Assembly: GCA_910592345.1 (NCBI GenBank)
Contig: CAJVPI010000103.1
Coordinates: 1-53,852, forward strand
Direction of reading: 5' to 3'
Source: Paraglomus brasilianum
Lineage: Eukaryota
DNA: 53,852 nucleotides
The notes under the pieces were generated by a model, which ran no database searches, was not told the origin of the DNA, and saw nothing but the letters and a program-made list of their open reading frames with translations. The translations under genes and the position numbers were made by a program. Shown one piece after another: positions 12,373 to 23,241 of the stretch. The first letter of the stretch is position 1. Every line of letters starts with the position of its first letter.

Positions 12373-13489
12373 ATGACATCTGTACTTTTGACCCGTTTGG
12401 CCAGATGCAACGTCTGGGCCCATACACAGCTTCTTCAAGCTGTCAGAAATGTCAGCGACGAACATTACAAAGCTCACGCGGGACTTTTCTTTAGATCGAT
12501 TCACGGAACACTTAATCATATATTACTGGCTGACAAAATATGGTTGGTATAGGTTCTGTGGGTAGGAGAACTGCTAAGGAAGAGTTCTGGAAGGGGCTGA
12601 CCATACATAGAGAACCCAGAAAAATATAGTCTAGCGTCTTTCTTTATGCAAAGTAGACCGCTGTTTTCTTGTAAAATCAATATTCCGCTCTGTAGCTTGT
12701 CCCTTACGTTATGTACTTGATTCCAATCATCAAAGTAACATTCAAGTCAACATTTTGATAGTAGAATGAAAACAATATGCTATAACATTGATTGTCAGCG
12801 TGCACTCGAATGATGTAATTAATCACATGAAGATTTTTCGATTGACCATCTGCATTCTTTTTTTTTTTCCAGGTATGCTCGTTTGATATCTGCAGTTGAT
12901 ACAGACGAATATGCATCGAACTGTGAGTATTGGGTAAAAACTGAGGGCCAAGACCCACTTGATTCGACCGGATCCATTTGGGAAGAGTATACCACAGATC
13001 GGAAAGAGTTGGAGAAGAAGATTATTGAACAGGTGAGGATCGAGCATGTTCGATGAGATGAGATGAGATAAGATTAGGCTAGATGAGATCCAATAACTCG
13101 ACATTTACGCAGTACATACTCGCTCCTTTACAAAATAGGCCAAACTCTGGATCCCTCTTGTTGCGTCTGAGCCCGATGATCTAACACTATCTTCCGCTAC
13201 GCTGGAGCAAAGAAGAATGGACGGTACTCTGGTTAGAAGAAGTAAATTAGAGTGTCTTATTCACATATTCAATCATGCCACTCATCACCGAGGACAGGTT
13301 TGTGTTGATTTTACAATGATCATTGGGAGGTTCAGTGAATTGCCTGGCATGATGACTTTTTTTTCAGTCACTGATCGAGCTTGTATATACGGATAGATCT
13401 CTGCTGCTATTACTCGTTTTGGATATAAATCTCCAGTATTGGACCTGATAGCTTGCCCTCCCAACTACAATCCAGATGAAGAATCATGA
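12373..13489 (+). CDS. DinB/YfiT-like four-helix-bundle metalloprotein (damage-inducible DinB family)
   Basis: Exons 12373-12542, 12873-13032, 13139-13297 and 13397-13489. Motifs LARCNVWAH, GLFFRSIHGTLNHILLADKIW, HIFNHATHHRGQISAAI and PVLDL. Confidence 0.85.
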
Positions 13490-14973
13490 TCCTTCGCGTT
13501 AATTATTGGTTTGATTGCGTGGTTAGCGTTGTAATAGCATCATCATTATTCTGTCGTGAGTACATCGAAATACTTTAATACTATAAAGATGCGATCTGCT
13601 TTATTTATCATCATACAATCTGGTTACCAAAGAGAAAATAAAACATCTCATTAATGTTGATGTGTCTGATGAAGAGGAAAACAAACACATGCACCAACGA
13701 AACTAATATAGGTTAATCAGTTATTGATGACTGACAAGTTTATAGAATCTAATTACTCATTATCTCGCCAACTGCTGCAAAATTACTGTGTTGGATCAAT
13801 ATTATCACTTGCGTATGTACAGGTGAACAAGCGATTAAATGGATGGAATTTCGGGGAGAAATGGCTTTCCTCGACGCACGTTAATATATTCTTTCGATGA
13901 TTTCATTTGCCTTTTCTTGTTACCGTTATAAAAAATAATAACCAAGTAAGAAATTGCTATAAAGATATCTTCATTAGGCTCCTTAGGATACAATGTTAAG
14001 TGAATTAAGCTATTGTCGTGTTATTTTTGAAATCTAGATGGACATGAGTTTACGAAAAGTTTGAGGCATATTAATATATTGTCTTTATGAAGCTTTCTAA
14101 TCGCATTCGATATTTTACCATAATTATAATCATCCGGAAAATAATACCATTACTTGGCTCGAATTTCGCCATAAACGTAGCGCACTGCATCTGTACCAAA
14201 AACGATTAACAGGATAGATCTATTGTTAAATATGTAATATAGAATATATATAATTGGTCACGTGATTTACATTACTACCGAGTACACGAACTTTTGCATA
14301 GCGTTTTTATCAATTGTTCCAAAAACATGCAATGTTATCAGAAGTGCGGTCAGTGTCTAATACTAACGTATAAAGATACTTTTTCTGACAAAGAGACGTA
14401 TTATGACTTCAATAGTAAAGTTTTACCCTATTGGCACGAGATTTGATTTTAAGACATCTGTTGGTATTTATTACTTGCCCATTCATCTGCTTTCAGCTGG
14501 GCCATTAAAAAAAGTACTTGTTGCTCAGGTCTCGAGAGACCTTGAAATACCTCATGGACCAACTTTTCTTTGGAAATTATAGATGAACGATTACAATTGT
14601 AACAATAAATATATTGCCTTGTCGAATTCGGTAGAACTAATGTCCACCACTTCTGTTTAGAACTTATTTCTATGTTAATAAAGGGAAAAGTTGTTTTGAT
14701 CTGGCGAAGATAATAGAACTGTGTTTATTAATGGTTCGTCTGGTTTGCCAGAACGCTTTACCATGCAACTATCTCTTTATCAGTGGGTATTTCTTGAGAA
14801 TTGACCCCATTATTAAATTAAATGGGTTATTGAATTATCATTGTCGGCGATGTCCTCGCCTTATAATTATTAATTTAAAGAATGCACTTATTTCATTATC
14901 GATATGTGTTCCTTCTGTGGTGAACATTTTAGTAACTTAACCAATTTGAAGAAGGCTACTACCGGTGATGTTA

Positions 14974-15322
14974 CAGTCCTCGGCAAAAATGATGGCGGCC
15001 AGTATTTTTTAATTTATTATGAGTAAGTTGACAAGAATCAAATGTTAGATTAACAGATTAGACTATGTCAGGCAAAAAATATATTTTTCGATTTATAATT
15101 TCTAAATTTTAATTATATAACAAGTCTAAAAACGCAAACATATTATAGTAGATTTGAGACAGTTTATTATAATAGTTTATCCGAGATTATTATTATTAAA
15201 TGCAAACATAAAGACAAGGGTACTTAACCATGCCTGACGTATTAAGTAGTTAAGAAAAATAACAATAAATTTACATATTACTATAATGACAGATAGCCGA
15301 TTTATTATTTTCGCAGGGACTG
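14974..15322. mobile_element. Tc1/mariner-type MITE (aged)
   Basis: TA on both flanks; imperfect TIRs CAGTCCTCGGCAAAAATGAT and CAGTCCCTGCGAAAATAAT (reverse complement of the right end); very AT-rich interior. Confidence 0.55.
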
Positions 15323-16223
15323 TAAGTGAAAGAAATCTTAATTGACGAATATACTTTTACATTGACAACTTAATAAATATTAAGCAATAAATAAAAACCG
15401 CTTTATCGAACACTTTCTGAGTTTGCTTATATCAGCTCTTCAATTAGACGGATTTTATGCCTGTACCGTGAAATCAGTTATATCGACTTTCACTGTGTAC
15501 TTACAATTTTGTGATAGGGTCAAATGTGATTATATTGTTGATAGGGGTGTAATAGTAAACAGGTACACAGATAATACTGAATTGCTCCTTTGATTAGAAT
15601 AAAACATGACCTCATCATCTGAACTTTAATATGTTTAGTTGGTGCTTATGTACTGTAAGAACGTTATCAATCAGGTTATATTTTACCAGCATGACGTAAT
15701 AGTCTCAATCGCTCTTCTCTGAAAAAAAGGTTACAATATCAAAAGTTTATCCAAGATAAAACAGATTCGACAGAAATTGCTCAGCCAACTTTATAAACCC
15801 GTGAAGACGCTCTCACGGGGAGCTTTTACTGCTTGACACTGAAAATATGTAGAGTATCGATTTGTATACATGATCAATACCGTTATATCAAGTACAAGCG
15901 TGGGATTGTGATTATCTTAGTCCTGATTTTTTTTTACGTCAAATCAAGTAGCCATGTAGGCTTGGATTAACAAAAGTGTACGACTGTACGTTACATAGAC
16001 TTTATTGCTATATTAATATTAGTAATTTACTTGAATTTAAAAAGCAGTCGAGGTAAATAATAATTTATATGTGACATTGCCGGAAATAAGTTGATTGAAC
16101 AATATGCTAATCAAAGAGTGTAAATGCTTATTATTATGAGACGACCCATTGCCCGTGTGAATAGGAGGGACTTATTATGCTCTTTGTGACAGTGGAATCA
16201 CATATGCAGAAATAATAGTGTTG

Positions 16224-17571
16224 TTAACTCCCTTTATTAAAAATCACTTTACCTACATATAATAGTGGTATTACTAATAAAAACATACTACGTACATCCA
16301 TTACAGCCTTTTTACGCGTATCACCACTCGTATTATTCTCCAAGGAAGGTGGTGATCCCCCAGCTATTTCTTTCCAATACTTATTAACAAACAGATTCTT
16401 TGATTTAAACAATTTCACCAGCCAATTTCCAGCCAATATTCCACCAAACATGGGAAGCAACCCCACTCCACCATCTTTACCAAGAGTAAGGAGCATTACT
16501 GGCGGCCCTGGTTTGTACTCGACTAATTTCTTCTCGCTGGCCAATGCGATTATATTTTTGGCAACCACATCTGCTTGAAGGCCGGCCCTGAGTGCCATTT
16601 TCGTCTCTTTGACATTATTAACGTCTCCCAAGGCAAAGATATGTTCGTATCCTTCATGGTCGAGTTGTAGCGTAGGACGTACTTTGACTAATCTAGTATC
16701 GGGTTCTATTAACTGAGAGTTTAGTGTACCCGCCAATTCAGAATTGACGTGATTTCCGGTGGCTATTAATTGAACATCCGATTCGATTTTAGTGCCTTTG
16801 TCCGTTACAAGGGTAACTTTATTGTCTCCATTGCCTATGTCAGAAGCTGAAAATTGGACGCGTTCGTTTAGAATGACATTTACGCCTAGGGCTCTTAGAC
16901 GAACGGTAGCCTGGTCTCGGAATTTCTTTGGAAAGTCATCATTGAGAAGTAATTCATGTGGATGAACGACAGTTACTTTTTTGTCTTTGTAGGTAGTTTT
17001 TATTTCAGCGGCAAGCTCTGTTTGGAAAATAAGCAGTAAGATAGTTAATTTAGTCGAGCATATAGCTAGTCAACACAATTAAATCGATTTTTTAATATTT
17101 CGACATACCGATTCCGACAGAGCCTCCTCCAATAATTAACACTCTTGTTGCCTTCTTCACTGCACTCCGGTAAGTATCAACTTCTTTTACTATTTCTTTC
17201 TTGCTCCTTCCATCAATCTTGGCAGGTTTAGCACTATCGCTTCCGGTAGCAATTATAGCATACTTGAATGGTACTTTATCTCCAAATTCATCGACGGCCT
17301 TGTCCAATGTCACTTCGTTGTCACTCAGTCGAACTGCAGCTGCATGGATAACCTTTCCATCGTGTTTAAAGAGGTTGTCGTATGGGATGAGAAGCTGAGA
17401 TTCGAAATTGTCTTCTGCGACCGTTCGTGGAGCCCCGACCGAATGCCAGTAGTGAGTTTTACGCTCGATTAAGATAATACGATGTGTTTTGTGTAACGCG
17501 GCTTCAAGTTTTTGGGCAGTGGGTACGCCTCCATATCCACCACCAATGATTACTATATTCGATTTAGACAT
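16224..17571 (-). CDS. AIFM2/AMID/FSP1-like FAD-dependent NAD(P)H oxidoreductase
   Basis: Exons 17571-17109 and 17017-16224. IVIIGGGYGG, IIATGS, LIIGGGSVGIELAAEI, VKVRPTLQL and IFALGD, plus a hydrophobic C-terminal tail. Confidence 0.88.
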
Positions 17572-17852
17572 GTTTAAATGTTGATTGGGATGATTATTCG
17601 CTAGGTTTGTTAAGTATCAAATATTACAATTACAAGACACTAGTTTGTTTCTGAGAATTTTACGAACGTCAACGCTCCTGTTATATATATAGGCGAATAT
17701 TACAAATTGAAGTCGATTGAATTTGTCATCTGCGTCCGGGCGGTGATGTTTGGCAAACTAATCGATGCGCAAGTAATCGGACAGCTTCGATAATGAGGAG
17801 CGGCCTAATGTATTGTATTAGTAATTCCAAACGGTTCCGTGTACAAGTAGAT

Positions 17853-18090
17853 TTTCTGATCGGAGGTTTATTCAACCGACGACGGTTTACATAATAAGGA
17901 TAATCGAGTATTTATCCACCGCCTTTGCCGTGATCCGGCTGTAATAATACAAAGTCGTCCAGAAATACATGTTTATTAACCAAAAAAAATCATACTTGCC
18001 TCTAAATAACCAATCCAAATTATTACGGGAAAAGCGGTAGATGCTGGCGGATTCTGATCGGAGGACTATTTAACCGAACAGTTTACGTAA
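17853..18090. promoter_or_regulatory. Duplicated ~35-bp upstream element, each copy with TCGG-N12-CCGA
   Basis: TTCTGATCGGAGGTTTATTCAACCGA near 17854-17879 and TTCTGATCGGAGGACTATTTAACCGA near 18052-18077, 290-500 bp upstream of the AIFM2-like ATG. Confidence 0.4.
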
Positions 18091-18264
18091 CGCAAGACGC
18101 ATAGACTTATATGGAAGTTCAAAGAACGATTGCTCCGTATAATGTATGACAAGCATCATACGCCCTGCTATTTCTCTATGACAGGGTTTGTGGAACTCGA
18201 AAAGGATATGAGGTGACACAATTAACTTAATCATATTAATATTAACGTTAATATTAATATTAAT

Positions 18265-19249
18265 ATGAAAATAATCTCCGTAAATGCACGCACGTGACCC
18301 AGCAGCTAAATATGATATAGTCTGTCAATGTCCATCACCAATGAAATTTGAAATTCGGCGAGTTAAATCCCAGATCATAAGACAATAATAATAATAATAA
18401 CAAATTATCGGATTATAAAATGTAACGAATAAAGAATCCGTGCTATAATCATTCCACTTTACGCAAGCGAACCATTTTCTGGTGTCAATTATATTCGAGA
18501 TGTGAGAATACAGTTCTGTAGTAACATTGTCTGCTAACATCAGGTCATGTATTTATTTAAACATCAATAGTCAACAGTGGACAGAACATCTTAATATCAT
18601 ACTCTGTAATAATTTACGGTTGTAACAGTCAGCCACTATTTAAGCATGCCATCGTGGTCATAGTCATAAAAATCGTTTATACTAATTGTTAGTTAGAGGA
18701 TTGTACTGAAATTTCACCGTTAATTCATCCTGCCACCAAAAAGTAAGTTAAAAATACGAACTTTGTCTGTATGTTTGCGATAATAAGAAATCTCGTGCGG
18801 AGTATGTTAATTGGATCAAAAATAAATGGCAAGTCAGGGTTAATGAGTCTACCATAACACGAATTTTGCAAATAAGCAACCAGTTACTTTCTGAAGAAGA
18901 AATCATTGCTCCAAATGCAAGAAGACACAGATCGGTTACATACCCAGAACTCGAACAAGCACTGAAATAGCAGCTATCAGTGCCAGTACGGCATTACAAG
19001 GCTTGGAAACTGTACAAGCATTTTTACTACAGCAAGAAAATGCAAATACATAAAAATGGCAAATATCCTCGAGAGAAAAGCTAATACGATGCGACAAGCA
19101 AGCATAGATCTATTTAACCAATAAATGAATAAAGTATCGAAATTGCGTGAATTTGCTATACTCTCCCTAAATGCACGTTTTTGCATTATTCCCTAAATGC
19201 ATGCTCTCACACTTTCGGTCCCAAGGCGGCATTTAGGGAGAGTTCACTG
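18265..19249 (+). mobile_element. pogo/Tigger-like DNA transposon remnant (copy 1, with right TIR)
   Basis: Homologous to the 27575-28130 region (shared ATAATCTCCGTAAATGCACGCACGTGA). Decayed transposase text (YPELEQAL). Right end ATTTAGGGAGAGTTCACTG followed by TA, with subterminal CCCTAAATGC repeats. Confidence 0.7.
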
Positions 19250-20234
19250 TATATCGATATCGGTTATTTTCCTGCATAAATAGAAAGTTGTACAATATTT
19301 TTGTGTAAAATTTAACCCAATGACATAATTCATCCATTATATTGAAATACTTCTGGAAGTAAGAAAGAATCCCCAACTATCATCCGATGTTTACATTTCA
19401 TTTTATTCACACGATACATGTCATAACTTGAAATAATATAAAAGGTGCAATTAATCGCAATCTTTTAATTATGCTCTCGCAACATACACTATAATAATCT
19501 TTAAGATTGTTGACAATTCGTAAGAAACCACTACGAGCGCTTAAAATCCCAACGACTCCCTCCTGTCAAACGTGAGACACCATCCAATTTTACTCATACT
19601 TTCCCTCAACACAGACTATAAATAAACGTTACGTTTCTCGGTACAATCACCACCACTAATAACACATCCAAAGTCAATACACTGAATCATCAGACAACAC
19701 TACACCAGTCAAACCGGTCGAAAATAAACCACCCAATAAAGAATTTGGTAACCGTTTTCTTTTCCCGACATGAAATGGTCGCTCTTCCATCTGACCTCAT
19801 GTATGATCTCGCAGACAATCCCTATATTAGTAATGAGGCGTTATGGCTGGAATTAATTCAAAAAAAAATTTTTTTATACACTTTGTTTTCAAATTGAATC
19901 TATAGTCACCGACGACCATTACCTAATCGAAATAAAATGTTATTATGGATGCAATGACTTGAATTAGTGGAAGCAGCAAGGTACTGCTGTCATTATTACA
20001 GTGTCTTATTACATAACTCATAGCGTTTATCCGCTGATTGAGATAATAATAAGAAAAATGTCGACATATTAATATACATTGGGAAAAGTTTGTCAAGGTA
20101 ATATGGTATGAATATTGATCATCGATAAAATTTGCCAAACTGTCCAATATAGTACAGCCTATAGCATATTTGCTTTATTATTTATCAGCAAAGATTCAAC
20201 AGATTCTTACCAATTACTATAACTATTACTATTA

Positions 20235-20356
20235 CCGTAAACTCTCATGATAACGCGGACAGCAGTTACGTGACGATTCACAGATCATTTGCAACATCTC
20301 ATGAATAAGAGCCCCCTTATATAATGAAGGGGGCCTTATTCATTGAGAGTTTACGG
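20235..20356. mobile_element. 122-bp MITE
   Basis: Perfect TIRs CCGTAAACTCTCA / TGAGAGTTTACGG flanked by TA on both sides. Confidence 0.75.
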
Positions 20357-20433
20357 TACTATTATAAAGGGTACCACATCAACATCGTTTCTGCCAAGCC
20401 CCAATTTTCTTCAATTGTCAATAATAATGAGTA

Positions 20434-21154
20434 CAAGTGAAACTCGATAAGCCGAAGTTTTTTTGATTTCCCAAAATTTTATTATAGCCTAAGCCGAAAT
20501 TAACTAGTAAATTCGCGTTAAACGATAAGCCGAAGATTTTGGCTAACCGACTATAATAATTTTATCTCGATATACCGAAGTAATCACGTGAATTTATTTT
20601 GATTGGTTCATTCTTAAATACCATTAGCGCAGAGAATTCGAACGATCTTCATGCATCCATTTCGCGCGCATGGCTTGTACATATTTTTACGGGGAAAGTT
20701 TCAATTAACTCTTTTATTTGATTAATATTTCAGAATGAACGATCGTGGAGAAAGTTCAACAAGTGGCTCTTCAAATGTTTAAACGATTCAAGAAATAAAA
20801 CAGTAGAGAAAAAAGTAAACCGAAAGACGCTGACTGGCCTTGAAAAATAATCTCTTTGTATTAATTCTTTGCTTCTGTATATTACTCAAGATTGTGATAG
20901 TGAGCTTCAAGTTGATACTGCTTTCTAAAAAAGTTAAAGAGAACGATTGAGAATAAACAATACAATATGTTACAGCAAACGAGTATTCTTGCATTTTATC
21001 ATTAATAAAGTTTATATATAGTGTTGTTATAAGCCGAAAGCTTGTGTAAACTATATATACATTCAGCTTATTGCGAAATTTGATAAAACGAAACTCTCAA
21101 TAAGCCGAATAAACTGTCCCTTCCCCCGACCTTTGGTTTATCGAGTTTCACTTG
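20434..21154. mobile_element. pogo-type non-autonomous element (MITE), 721 bp
   Basis: Perfect TIRs CAAGTGAAACTCGATAA / TTATCGAGTTTCACTTG, TA target duplication, and repeated subterminal TAAGCCGAA motifs at both ends. Confidence 0.85.
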
Positions 21155-21199
21155 TACTTTGCATTTCACTAAAGTATAGAGGAGGTTCCCATGATTTGA

Positions 21200-22400
21200 T
21201 TACAAATATCTTCTAAGGGCTGCCTTAACTGTTAAAGTATTCTACAGACTCACAACACATATTAATCAGGGATATAGAAGATTCTATTTTGGTATCTCTT
21301 GTATAACAAGCTGCAATAATATGAGACTTCCCATAGCCATATATCATGAGATGACAATGCAAGCTATCAATTTTCTCTAGGACTTTGTCGAACCCCCCCC
21401 CTGTATTTGCATGTCTCTTCCTGATGAAGCAACCCGGTTTGTCAGCTAAAAAAGGGAAAGGGAGTTGCAAAACCTGGAAAGAAATAGGTTTCCCTCTTGT
21501 AGTTGAGTGCTTGGATCTTTTCATACAGGCGCCTCAAAAAGGAACGGCATTTAATAATTATTAAAGTTGCTTTGGAAAAAAGAATGCTCAAATTTAATTC
21601 TAAAACAGTGGGAACTCGCAAAAAAAGATTTTGAGAATGAGGGTTTTATAAGTTCAAACGAGTCGTAAAGGAAAAGCACGGGCCATAAAGGCGTACCCGT
21701 AAGGGCTGATGGTGATATGGAAATAAAGAAATGTTGGCTGGTGAGAAAAGAGAGAAAATAACGAAAAGCAGTTGCTTACCGGGTATGGTTGGATTTTGTA
21801 ACATAGAATATTGTAAATATTGTGATACTGAATGGGGGAGGGCGAAAAAGAGTGCGCGAACATTAATAACATAAAGCTATACTAACACAGAGTGTGGTGT
21901 ATGAAGTATTTATTACGCGAAGATGAACTACGTATCAGTACTTTAGCGATCAATTCGCATGTATCAGTAAAATTCTGCTCGCTTAATTTTTTCTTTGGCT
22001 CACCAAACTGTACCGTTGCTTGAGTGAGGTCAAGCTTTTGTTGATCAGGAATCGGGATTTCTTGCTCAATCTCTCCTCGGACTTTCCTCCTGTGTAAATA
22101 TTGTATATGCAGCATGGCTGGAAGAGAGTGCGCGACATTAATATAAAGAATAATTAAAGATGAAGGGCGAAGTGTATGAAGGCATTTATTACGCGATGCA
22201 TCAATTCACATGTATCAGTGAGATTCAGCTCGCTTAATTCTTTCCTTTGCTCACCCAACAACTGCACCGTTGCTGCTTCGGGTGATTGCTTGAGTTTGAG
22301 GATAACTTGAGTGAGGTCAAGCTTTTGCTGATCAGGAGTCGCTCAACCTCTTTTCGGACTTTCATCCTGAGTGAATATACTGTACATAATTTTTCTGACG
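21200..22400 (-). pseudogene. Crinkler-like P-loop protein remnant with internal tandem duplication
   Basis: LPFPFL...FDKVLEKIDSL...IYGYGKSHIIAA resembles the AMF CRN-type P-loop YGTxGYGKSHILAA. About 21850-22115 and 22125-22385 are diverged duplicates (TCAAGCTTTTGxTGATCAGGA). Confidence 0.45.
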
Positions 22401-22799
22401 AACTGTGATTTTCTACTTACTGTAAACCAAATTTCTGAGTAGCAGTCGCCATTATATTATTTACAACAGGGTATTAGGATACTTGTTGCTTGCTGAAACA
22501 ATAAAGCAAAGGAAGCTTAATGAAAAAGCAAGAAAGAAATTGATGAAATGTGTTCTTTTATACCCTGATCTGGAAAAATCTATGGACTAATTCTTGAATT
22601 TTATTGGCTCTTGCACACTTTACGTCTGGTCAGAGTAGTTCCTTTATTTATCCTTGATCACGGTATTATATAGAACGATTGGAAGAAAAATCTAGAATCA
22701 TCTGATTGACGTTCCTTACTATTAACTATATCAGCTAGTCTTTCACGAAGGGATATTATGAGTAATATAGTCACTATAAAATTCAGGAATTATTTTTTC

Positions 22800-23180
22800 T
22801 GCATAATAATAACCAAGGTGTATAGAATGAATGTCACAATCGAACATCTGGCTCCTCGACTTACTTTTTCTAACAGTTTTTCGTTTGTAAAGTTTTGGCT
22901 TCAACTATTTCCTTGTAGTTTAGATAGGAGCTGTTGTTTCGAGTATACACGTATTCACATACAAAGTAATTCTTTCAAATTGTCACGGAAACAACAGCAA
23001 TCAACCTCGCACGAGTTTTAATAAATTGCGGAAGACAAATATGTGGCGCCCAGCAGCTTTTTTATCATCGTCATGAATTGCTTTTGCGATCGGTTATTGC
23101 TATGAGAATGGGATGGGAGTAGAAGAAAACATTCAAAAGGCAGTTAAATTGTATGAACAAGCAATTAAAAGGGCCACTTA
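22800..23180 (+). pseudogene. Sel1-like repeat gene remnant
   Basis: GYCYENGMGVEENIQKAVKLYEQAIKR at about 23092-23172; the upstream part is degraded. Confidence 0.6.
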
Positions 23181-23241
23181 AACGATAGAATTACGGGATA
23201 GCCAATCTTGAAATTTAATTATGAAGTCCACAACACAAATA

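Noticed and set aside
12373..17571. DinB plus oxidoreductase as a detoxification gene cluster
   Set aside because: Only adjacency supports it: convergent genes 2.7 kb apart, no shared motifs seen; synteny data would be needed.
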